The notes beneath the pieces were generated by a model. The model saw nothing but the letters and a program-made list of their open reading frames with translations, was not told the origin of the DNA and did not search any database. From Halapricum salinum (GTDB taxonomy: Archaea; Halobacteriota; Halobacteria; Halobacteriales; Haloarculaceae), in NCBI RefSeq assembly GCF_004799665.1, contig NZ_CP031310.1, positions 200,887 through 240,886 on the forward strand: a stretch of 40,000 bases of DNA. The letters run 5' to 3'. Below, piece by piece: positions 18,527 through 26,666 of this stretch. Position 1 is the first letter of the stretch; each line of letters starts with the position of its first letter. Position numbers and translations under genes: made by a program.

Positions 18527-18868
18527 ATGTCCACAGACGAGACGTATTGTGTGCGGGAGAATACGGGAAACTCGGCCCATCCCTCCGTCGATGACGTCAT
18601 TGAGCTCGCCTTAGAACGAGCGGCCGATCACCGACCGGAACAGGACCCAGACGCCCACTTCGACCGATACGTCAGCACCGCTCTCGAAGCGCATAGCAAA
18701 TCTGCAGTTACCGAGTGTATCCGTCTCGTCCTCATTGAGGGATTCACCCAACGCTCAGCTGGCGTCAAAGCCTTTGGCGAAGACGACTACGTTCGCGGGA
18801 TTGAGGTCGGCGTTGCCAGTCGTTCCTATCTCCGGGAACTCCTTGATGAGCAAGCGACCGAGTCGTGA
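18527..18868 (+). CDS. Hypothetical protein
   Basis: It starts at the ATG at 18527 (MSTDETYCVRENTGNSAHPSVDDVIELALERAADH...). It is acidic and I recognised no family. Confidence 0.45.
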   Translation: MSTDETYCVRENTGNSAHPSVDDVIELALERAADHRPEQDPDAHFDRYVSTALEAHSKSAVTECIRLVLIEGFTQRSAGVKAFGEDDYVRGIEVGVASRSYLRELLDEQATES

Positions 18869-18906
18869 GTAGCAAGGAGGGAAACAGTCGAGAAGGTCGG
18901 TCTCTC

Positions 18907-19010
18907 AACTTTGGAGTCTCTTTGTAGACTCCAAAGTTAAGGGCGTCCAGGCCAATAGCAGTATATAAAGAGGGTATCCCGAAATGAGCAGTCCTGCAAA
19001 CTCCAAAGTT
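18907..19010. promoter_or_regulatory. Perfect 13-bp inverted repeat plus a third half-site and a TATA box at the recombinase gene start
   Basis: aactttggagtct (18907-18919) and agactccaaagtt (18926-18938) are perfect reverse complements separated by 6 nt. actccaaagtt recurs at 19000-19010. A tatataaa box lies at 18962-18969. Confidence 0.55.
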
Positions 19011-19601
19011 CGCGCGAAGGTATGGATGACACCGGACCAAGTCGAAGCACTCCGATCAGCATGCTACACCACCGGTGTAGAATACCTCCAACAGCGCAAC
19101 GAAGCGATCATCGTGTTCACGTACGATACTGGACTCCGCGTTGGAGAGCTCGTCCAGATTGACAAGACGTTGCTCCGAAACGGAAACTCGGAACTCTATC
19201 TCCCGACAGACATCCAGAAGGATTACCCGAACGAGAATTCCCCACCGCCCGTGACCCTCACACTATCGAAGGACACGGCGCGATTGCTCTCAGCATATCT
19301 TAACTCCCGCTGGAAAGACCCGCAAGCACTCTTCCCGTCTCGATCCTCTGATCGGATTTCTGAACAAGGCGTTCGGAATATGCTTCACAAGATCGCTGAG
19401 GAAGCAGGGGTTCATCCATACAAGATTGATGGCACCCAGGGTAACGCCAGTGACGTGACACCGCACACACTCCGACATAGCGTCGCCTACAGAATGATGA
19501 ACGAAGAAGACGAAAATACGCTCTACGATGTCCGGAATCGATTACGACATCGCAGTATCCAGACCACTGAACGAATCTACGATCATATGCTGAAGGTCTA
19601 A
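18984..19601 (+). CDS. Small tyrosine recombinase (XerC/D-like)
   Basis: The landmarks are YDTGLRVGELVQI (Arg I), TPHTLRHSVAYRM (H-x-x-R), LRHRSIQTTERIYDH (His and the Tyr nucleophile). An alternative start at the ATG at 19026 is possible, given where the TATA box sits. Confidence 0.82.
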   Translation: MSSPANSKVRAKVWMTPDQVEALRSACYTTGVEYLQQRNEAIIVFTYDTGLRVGELVQIDKTLLRNGNSELYLPTDIQKDYPNENSPPPVTLTLSKDTARLLSAYLNSRWKDPQALFPSRSSDRISEQGVRNMLHKIAEEAGVHPYKIDGTQGNASDVTPHTLRHSVAYRMMNEEDENTLYDVRNRLRHRSIQTTERIYDHMLKV

Positions 19602-19710
19602 TCCCGCTTGAGGACAACAATCGGCTTTCCGACGCGACTTCGAAGCGAATCTGTCTAACGAGAGGGCCACGAAGGACATCGCGGCACAGAATTCTCTCCA
19701 GCGTCCCGGA

Positions 19711-20211
19711 TTAATCGACGTACCCACGATCACGGAGAAATGCATAACGGTTCTTGTGATTGCCGAGAATCCCTTCGTGAGGAGACTCTTCAGCATACCG
19801 GCGTAGGATTTCGGGATCATCAATGGCGACGCCGTAGTAGTGATCAAACGCTGCTGTCGTCGTATCAACGAGATGCTCCCCATCAAGCAGACACCAAGCG
19901 TGCTCTATCCCGCCAACGTCGGAATCAGTCATGACTGCGAACCCTTCGACGTAGCTAAATCTCTCGTTGAACTCCCACATCCCGAGCGAATTATTGAAAC
20001 ACGACTTTTCGGCCGGGTCAGTCACTCGAATCCCGTCCGCAATGAGATCCTGGTCGTCACTATTCACGTCGTTCGAAAGGGTTACCGACCGACCAGCAAC
20101 CGTCGCATGTTCGAGTTCGCTTTGCGACACGCCTTGCCCATGATCTGAAACATATTCGTGCAATGGCGACACGTTCTCCGACGCCTCCACGTATTTTGTA
20201 GCAGCGTTCAT
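19711..20211 (-). CDS. Hypothetical protein
   Basis: Only the C-terminal 166 aa of track ORF 19711..20613 look protein-like (MNAATKYVEASENVSPLHEY...GIEHAWCLLDGEHLVDTT...). The ATG is at 20211; the upstream extension is Cys/Trp/Arg-rich junk. Confidence 0.5.
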   Translation of the reverse strand: MNAATKYVEASENVSPLHEYVSDHGQGVSQSELEHATVAGRSVTLSNDVNSDDQDLIADGIRVTDPAEKSCFNNSLGMWEFNERFSYVEGFAVMTDSDVGGIEHAWCLLDGEHLVDTTTAAFDHYYGVAIDDPEILRRYAEESPHEGILGNHKNRYAFLRDRGYVD

Positions 20212-20909
20212 CTTCCCGCACCAACGACTACAGTCGCACCACTGGGTTGACCCTGTCCTTGTTTCTGAACTTGCTCTCTTTCGAATAGCATGGTGAACAG
20301 GCGAAACCAGCATGCAGGGATAAACCCTCGTGCTCTCAGCAACACGGTCGAGAAGTCGTCCACACACTCCGTCTCCCGCTGGATTTCGACTCGCCCATTC
20401 GACGCAACACTTCCAATACTTTGCCGCAACATGCAACGAATTCTTCGTAATCCAGAGACGGTCCCATCCGCCGCGCAAACCCGACTGCTTACAAGCCGTT
20501 GCGGGCGCACTCGCAGCAACACTCAACGCGTCCAACGACGCGGATGGGTTGCAGCTAAGGGACGCCCATCGATCCCAACCGAAACGCAGGGAGGACCGAA
20601 AAAGACACGCCAATTGAGAGCAGTTGGGAGCGACTCACAGTGCGAACATATCGCCGGGGTCGTGCCAACGGCTAAAAGTCTTCGTAGACCACTGTGCCCG
20701 AAAATGGGGTGAAGAAACGGACGGGACGTCCCATTGCAATTGAAATTTCTTGCCTGTGAAATCGTGATTTCTGAATCCACGATATCGTCTTGGCGCGCCT
20801 AGAGCGTCGAATACTGAATAGAGTGGTCTGTTTTTCACGCTGGTGGGTGACTGTGGAATATCGCTTTTCCCCCGAGGTATAACTTGCTCCCAGAATTCGA
20901 TTGGAGCAT

Positions 20910-22193
20910 ATGCGCCTCATGGACTGCCGGGAGTTCCTCTCCCGGTACGCAGCTGGCGAGAGTTACAAACCATATGGCGGCCCTCTCCAAGACGGCACCA
21001 GCCCTCCATCGGCATTCAATGACCATCAGACAACCATCGGCTGGCCAGCGGACGGCCACGTTATCCCACGAGACAAGTATGAACATCGCCTTCGGGATAC
21101 CACCCCCAATAACGACGAGGTGCGTGCTACGGAGATCTTACATTTCCTTGAAGCAGAGTGGGATACCGCAGTCGGCGCATACGGGCTCGATGGTGTTACC
21201 GAATACATCCCGTTTCATACCGATGAGCAATCATACGGTATTTACGTTCCACAGCGCTGTATCCGCAGTCTAGGACATTTACTATACGGTTGGGCACGAA
21301 AACTGACCGCGGAACCGGACACCGCGCCTGAAGCAATCCATCTCGACGCCACTGCGAATGCTCACTCCCAGTCACCGTTCGAGTCTCTAACCCAAGCATT
21401 CGACCTCGCAGCGGAATTGCTCGTCCGGTACCGCTGGGCTGACCACCAACTAGAGTTACTCGCTACACATCTAGCTGACTTCACTGGTATTGACGCGTAC
21501 GACATCTACTACGACCAGAATCGGCGGCTTGACGCAGACGAAATCGCTACGCGGTACCGGTTACTCAGACAACTCGACCGTAGCACCGCGTGTCGCCGTC
21601 TCGCTCCCTCAGGCCTGTATGGCTCGTTGCTCCGCCGGATGACTGCAGCTTTCACGAACAACAACAGGAACGCTCTCTCACAGTTCAGCAGTGAGTCGCC
21701 ACAGACGCTTCACAGGCAACAGGTTAGCGTGCTCTCGTCAGCGTTCGATATCAACACCACAAGTTCCGAAGGCTTCCTTGCTGATGAACTTCCCAGCCGC
21801 CGCCTCGACCGGAGTGTTCCCACCCGAATCCAGGTGTACATCACGCGACGAGAACCTGATTCGGACTATGGCACGATCACGAATCGACCAGGAACTCGCT
21901 CGCTTGAGCTAGAACCACGCCCAATCTCTCGGACGGACGAATTTGAGCGGAGCTACCAGAAGGCCGATGGGACGCTGCAACGCGATGTTGACGATCTTGT
22001 CGAAGATATCAGAAACCGGTTCGGGCATCTGACTTGGAAGGGAATGAGCTTCGGTCCAAAAGACAAACGATACATCGATGTCACAGGGAGCAAGCGGCTT
22101 GTTGTACAAATCGACGACCAGACTAAGGAAGTAACGCTGCTAGATTTCGGGTCTCACGATTTGCCGCGCCAATACGGATTCAACAAAGTCTAA
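20910..22193 (+). CDS. Hypothetical protein with a RelE/ParE-like C-terminal segment
   Basis: The ORF is 427 aa from the ATG at 20910. The last roughly 90 aa (FERSYQKADGTLQRDVDDLVEDIRNRFGH...KDKRYIDVTGSKRLVVQIDDQTKEVTLLDFGSHD) follow the RelE/ParE helix-helix-beta-sheet pattern. This is pattern memory only. Confidence 0.5.
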   Translation: MRLMDCREFLSRYAAGESYKPYGGPLQDGTSPPSAFNDHQTTIGWPADGHVIPRDKYEHRLRDTTPNNDEVRATEILHFLEAEWDTAVGAYGLDGVTEYIPFHTDEQSYGIYVPQRCIRSLGHLLYGWARKLTAEPDTAPEAIHLDATANAHSQSPFESLTQAFDLAAELLVRYRWADHQLELLATHLADFTGIDAYDIYYDQNRRLDADEIATRYRLLRQLDRSTACRRLAPSGLYGSLLRRMTAAFTNNNRNALSQFSSESPQTLHRQQVSVLSSAFDINTTSSEGFLADELPSRRLDRSVPTRIQVYITRREPDSDYGTITNRPGTRSLELEPRPISRTDEFERSYQKADGTLQRDVDDLVEDIRNRFGHLTWKGMSFGPKDKRYIDVTGSKRLVVQIDDQTKEVTLLDFGSHDLPRQYGFNKV

Positions 22194-22462
22194 CACTTGA
22201 CTCATTCCCCGTCATTCGCACTTCCCCGGTTTGACAATCCATGCTGATCAGCACACAAAGTAACACACGCAGCCGGGTAGCTAGATGAATTCCCAGTCCT
22301 GAAACAGCCACCTGAGCCGACGTCTGAGAGACTCACCAAACGCTACAAGACCGACTCTGAACTGTCCAACTGCGCCTGAAAACCCGCGTGCCGCTAGCTG
22401 CAGACTCTCTTCTTCAAACTGTTCCACACCGGAGAGGGGAGCGGTTTCTATCGAGACACTGC

Positions 22463-23197
22463 CTACTCCGCAGCGTCTCGCCGTCGAACGGGTCCGAGTC
22501 GCGTGACCTGCTCGTCTTCGACAAGGCGTTCAAGCCCGTCTTCCGTGGGAAATCCGAACGTTGCCGTGTCGAACGCTTGCCCAGGTGCAACGGCGCGGAA
22601 GTACTTCCCCTGCGGGTAGTCGGTGAAAATCCGGCGTTGACACCCAGCTAAGTCAAACATGCCAAGGTCATACGAATATTCTTGCCGGGCGATATGTGCC
22701 GCACCGTGCCGATACCCGAGCAGCGACCGCGGCTCGAACTCCCGCATTGACTCCACCGGAAACTCATAATTCTTGAACGTTACCGGATCACCTACCGTTA
22801 ACAGACCGTTTAACGGGTCGTACTCACCGAACCGGATCGGCCCCTCCAATTCAGGTTCGAGTGCCTCCCGAACGTCGTGCATCTGCTCACGATGATCGGT
22901 GTGGAACACCCAGTGTACCACGAACCCCAGCCGTAACGCTTCCCGCGTCTTCGCTCGATACGGCTGATCAGACCCAGCAACGAACTCAATCCACCGATTC
23001 AGCCCCTCACCGCGTACGAAACAATCCGGCACCCGGTCAGCAACCTTCTTTTCAAACCGGTATTCACCTTCGAACCACGGCTTCCGTTTATCTTTTCGTC
23101 GCCGGTCTAACTCTACTTTGCCCCACAGGTGCTCGTCCGACTCCTCACCTGCAGACCGGTACCGGTCAACATCTCCCCAGATCTCGAATCCACTCAT
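22463..23197 (-). CDS. Hypothetical protein (GC-rich patch)
   Basis: The ORF is 244 aa from the ATG at 23197 (MSGFEIWGDVDRYRSAGEESDEHLWGK...). Its composition is coding-like and I recognised no family. Confidence 0.55.
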   Translation of the reverse strand: MSGFEIWGDVDRYRSAGEESDEHLWGKVELDRRRKDKRKPWFEGEYRFEKKVADRVPDCFVRGEGLNRWIEFVAGSDQPYRAKTREALRLGFVVHWVFHTDHREQMHDVREALEPELEGPIRFGEYDPLNGLLTVGDPVTFKNYEFPVESMREFEPRSLLGYRHGAAHIARQEYSYDLGMFDLAGCQRRIFTDYPQGKYFRAVAPGQAFDTATFGFPTEDGLERLVEDEQVTRLGPVRRRDAAE

Positions 23198-23642
23198 ACG
23201 TGTCTCACCTGCTGGACGGTAGTCATCCACACACCCCTCCGTTTCCACTCCAGGTTCTTCGAAAACGTAGTGCCACCACGCACACGGTGACAACCACTAC
23301 ACTCACGACACCACTGTACCCCCACACACCCCGTTTCAAGTGTTCTCCACAATCGCCACTCAGCACCGGATCGAACGCGCACCCGCCGCAGCGGCCACGC
23401 AGATTCACTCGCCCCGACGCACTGAGCGGTCGGGGAACGACGTCGAGACACCACCACGCATCCCGACGGCTGTCTCCGCCCATCAAACCCATGGTCACTC
23501 TCACTACTACTCGCAGCGCCAGGCCCACCACAGCCTGCCACACGAGCAGCCACAGCCCGACGTGACCGGTGCTCCACCACGAGCACCGCCGCTCTGCCAC
23601 GACGGCTACGCCCCCCACCACGGCACCCCCAGCCAACCGGCA

Positions 23643-24539
23643 TCACCTCCCACCCCCGAAACCGCCACCACTCTCCTCATCCGACGCACCCGCATCACCG
23701 TCATCACCCGCAGCATCGAGATCGGATGGGATTTGCGCCGTCCGAACCGCCGACGACACTGGAGCTAATTCATCCAACCCCGGGCCATCACCACCCGACC
23801 CCTTCGACTCCGCCTGGCCATCTCCAGCCTCCACTACTCGATCCGCCCCACCCTCCTGCTCTTGAGCCGTCCGCAGCGACGACGTCACCGGGTGAAGCTC
23901 ATCAAGATCCTCATGCGCATCCACATCGTCATCGACACCACCATGGCGACCACCATCAGCCGCGTGTTGGGCAGTCCTTTCAGTCACGTCATCACTCGTC
24001 GAACCAGCGTCCGACTCGGACGCACCATCATGGGTCGAACCGTCCGCCCGCACCACCGGCCGCTGCCACGGCTTACGCGCCGATTCACGATCCGCAGCGG
24101 CGAATACGTCGCTCCGCGCAATCGGACAGCGGAACCACGCCGCACCCGGTAACGGCTGTACCGTCGTCACATCCGCCGGACTCACCGCACGCGGCTGCGG
24201 GGCCAGAAAGACAGGCCACCACGACTGCGTCACAGGATCAGTACACGTCCCGATCCGGCCATCCAACACGAGCTCGCGCACACCGAGCGTAAAGAACTCC
24301 GTCGGCTCGTGCCGACACTCCGTGCATTTCACGTGCCCGATCTCGAAAGCCGGTTGCTCAACCGGCCGGAAGGCAAACACAACGACCGGTGCGCCTTCCC
24401 GCAGTTTTTCGCCGCAGACTTCACAAACCGCGGCCCCTTCCCCGAGCGCAATTTTATTCAGTTGTTTTATATCTTCAATTAATACCCGGTCGATAGCTTC
24501 TTGAGCAGGTAGCTTTGATTCTCTCATGGGTTCGCTCAC
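23643..24539 (-). CDS. Hypothetical zinc-finger protein with acidic low-complexity tail
   Basis: The N-terminal half has CEVCGEKL...HVKCTECRH. The C-terminal half is D/G/A-rich and has an internal repeat (DLDELHPVTSSLRTAQ / GLDELAPVSSAVRTAQ). Confidence 0.55.
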   Translation of the reverse strand: MSEPMRESKLPAQEAIDRVLIEDIKQLNKIALGEGAAVCEVCGEKLREGAPVVVFAFRPVEQPAFEIGHVKCTECRHEPTEFFTLGVRELVLDGRIGTCTDPVTQSWWPVFLAPQPRAVSPADVTTVQPLPGAAWFRCPIARSDVFAAADRESARKPWQRPVVRADGSTHDGASESDAGSTSDDVTERTAQHAADGGRHGGVDDDVDAHEDLDELHPVTSSLRTAQEQEGGADRVVEAGDGQAESKGSGGDGPGLDELAPVSSAVRTAQIPSDLDAAGDDGDAGASDEESGGGFGGGR

Positions 24540-24621
24540 GTCTGTGGGGAACCCGGCCCGGGTGTCTCAGCACCCAGGCATTCCTGATGATCTTAATGCC
24601 CCGAGGGGCCGGTGTCCACAT

Positions 24622-24701
24622 CCATTATGAGTTATCCTATTGGTAAATACCTTTCGGAGATCTCATAATGGTCTCTGATTAGACCGTTAGGACTAATCAG
24701 A
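24622..24701. promoter_or_regulatory. Two inverted repeats in a divergent intergenic region
   Basis: ccattatgag (24622-24631) pairs with ctcataatgg (24662-24671). tctgattag (24674-24682) pairs with ctaatcaga (24693-24701). They lie between the 24539 (-) and 24723 (+) gene starts. Confidence 0.4.
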
Positions 24702-24722
24702 ATGGAACTGAACGATTGAGTA

Positions 24723-24956
24723 ATGCCCGACCGTGACGAAGATTCTGGCCGGTATACCGGCGAGTACTCTACTGAAGATTTTCTTAATGCCATCAGTGAC
24801 AAAGAAGAGATGGCAGGGACGGGCGATATTGCCGATCATGTAGGTTGTGCCCACGACACAGCGTATAAGCGACTCCAGCAGATGGAAAAAGATGGATTAG
24901 TTTTGTCACGAAAAGTAGGGAACACTCTCCTGTGGACACGTCCCGAAGATAATTGA
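24723..24956 (+). CDS. Small winged-helix DNA-binding protein
   Basis: The 77-aa ORF reads ...MAGTGDIADHVGCAHDTAYKRLQQMEKDGLVLSRKVGNTLLWTR, a typical small haloarchaeal wHTH. Confidence 0.65.
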   Translation: MPDRDEDSGRYTGEYSTEDFLNAISDKEEMAGTGDIADHVGCAHDTAYKRLQQMEKDGLVLSRKVGNTLLWTRPEDN

Positions 24957-25136
24957 TCGCTTATCTTTTTCAAAATATGTCCTCTATCTATTCGATAATG
25001 CCTCCATCATCGCATCGTATACTCGAAGGGGTCATGCGACTCATTCACCGTTCCCAGCCCTCATTTCTGTAAAGTCCACACTTTATTATTTAAAGTACAG
25101 GCTTTGCTGTGTTCTATGGCTCCCTGAACACGATAG

Positions 25137-26666
25137 TTACACTTTGTCTGCTAATTCGAGAACAGGGATCGTTTTCTTATTCTCATCCCCATACGTCACC
25201 TCGTTATTGCTGAAATCGAAGCGGATGGGTTTGCCGAGATAGGAGGACCGCTCGATCTTGGTCAAAGCGTCCAAGTCGCCGAGCTTCCAGCATATGAACC
25301 GGTCGATATGAGTCAGTGGAGTCTCATTTTCGAAGAAATCACTAAGCTTGACCTGTAGTGCTGCGTTCTTGTATCCCTCATCGGTGTCAACGATAGCATT
25401 AACCTCTTCGTCCAATCGGAAGTCCGCTATCTCAAGGGTCTCTGGTGATCCATTAGCGCTGTACCGTTCTAATGCTGCGATGACCTCTGCCGGATTCGAC
25501 GGGGAGAGTCCACCTTGGTCTTTGGTATGCTGGAGGCGTTCTTCGAGTGAGCTTCCCTGCGACTGGATGCTGCGTTGCTTGTTCTCCAGCTTGCGACGTT
25601 CGATATAGTTCCTGTACCAAGAATCTTGACACACTTTTGTCATATACCGATTCAGTTCATCAGTGATGGACTGGTAGACGTCGCCAGACTTGTTCCGAAT
25701 CTTCTCCCGGTTAGCAGAGAGTTCGAGGTCTTGGCAGTTTGCGATGAAGAAGAAGTGGAAGAACTCGTTGTCTGCTCCGATCGCATCGTTGTAGCGTTCG
25801 ACCTTGATGTGATCTTTCGCCAGCCAGATACCGAACTGTGCTGAGTGCTTACCATAGGTCGGCAGCTTATTCCGTGCTTCCTTTCCACCGACCATCCCCA
25901 CGACTTCGATCGTTAATTCGCGGCTATCGTCAAGGGTGACGGTCAGCTCACGGGGCGGGTAATGCTTGCACATTTCTTCCGCAACGAACTCGCCCTCTGG
26001 ATCCCGGTTTTCGGGCGGGAACTGTAGGCGGTTGTCGGTCTCAATCTGATCCTGGGTATCGTCGATTGTCGGCGACAACTCAACGTTGATGTCCATCTCG
26101 TGGAAGTCGTCGCCGAAGTGCCACGCGGTGGAGCCGCCGATCGTCTTCCATTTGATGTAGTGCTCAATCTTGTTGTAGGTAAGCTTTCGTGGGTCGAAAC
26201 CCTGACCAGCACGGAACCCATGTACTTCGATTCGGGTTCGGGACGGTTCGTCGCTCTCCGTCTCTTCGATGGAGTACGTGGGTAGTTCACGGTCGTTCAG
26301 TTTCGCCCACGGCTGGTCCATCACCGACTCAATCCGCGTCCCATCTGTGACTGTCTCAACCCGAATCTTGTCGCTTTTGTAGTAGATCTTGGTACCGTGG
26401 CCCTTGTATCCGATTGCGTCGTCCTTGTTGGAGTTCCCGAGATCGAAGAACGACGACAGGTCGTCTTCATCCATTCCATGGCCATCATCCTTGATGATGA
26501 GAGTGTTCCGTCCCTCGGCATCCTGCTCGATCTTGATATCGACCTGCGTCGCGCCTGCGTCGTAGGAATTGGATAGTGCTTCTCTGATAACTTCCAACGG
26601 GTCCTCGAAGTCGCTCGCTATCTCGATGAACTCGTTGACTTCGTTGACTTGTGGTGTCTTATGCAT
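25137..26666 (-). CDS. GHKL-superfamily ATPase (HATPase_c_3 / MORC-Hsp90-like N-terminus) with a large unknown C-terminal region
   Basis: The motifs are an N-box (VIREALSNSYDAGA), a G1 box (IIKDDGHGMD) and a G2 box (IGYKGHGTKIYY). Its ATG (26666) overlaps the stop of the upstream TGT-like gene (26659) by 8 nt. Confidence 0.8.
   Translation of the reverse strand: MHKTPQVNEVNEFIEIASDFEDPLEVIREALSNSYDAGATQVDIKIEQDAEGRNTLIIKDDGHGMDEDDLSSFFDLGNSNKDDAIGYKGHGTKIYYKSDKIRVETVTDGTRIESVMDQPWAKLNDRELPTYSIEETESDEPSRTRIEVHGFRAGQGFDPRKLTYNKIEHYIKWKTIGGSTAWHFGDDFHEMDINVELSPTIDDTQDQIETDNRLQFPPENRDPEGEFVAEEMCKHYPPRELTVTLDDSRELTIEVVGMVGGKEARNKLPTYGKHSAQFGIWLAKDHIKVERYNDAIGADNEFFHFFFIANCQDLELSANREKIRNKSGDVYQSITDELNRYMTKVCQDSWYRNYIERRKLENKQRSIQSQGSSLEERLQHTKDQGGLSPSNPAEVIAALERYSANGSPETLEIADFRLDEEVNAIVDTDEGYKNAALQVKLSDFFENETPLTHIDRFICWKLGDLDALTKIERSSYLGKPIRFDFSNNEVTYGDENKKTIPVLELADKV

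Noticed and set aside
19711-20613. The full 300-aa version of the minus-strand ORF.
   Set aside because: The first roughly 134 residues are Cys/Trp/Arg/Ser-rich and not protein-like. The internal ATG at 20211 gives a plausible 166-aa acidic protein.
23590-23665. Possible G-quadruplex on the minus strand (runs GGGGG, GGG, GGGGG and GGGGGG).
   Set aside because: One loop would be about 18 nt, beyond canonical G4 limits. G-runs are expected in such a GC-rich, skewed tract. I noted it only as part of the asymmetric spacer finding.
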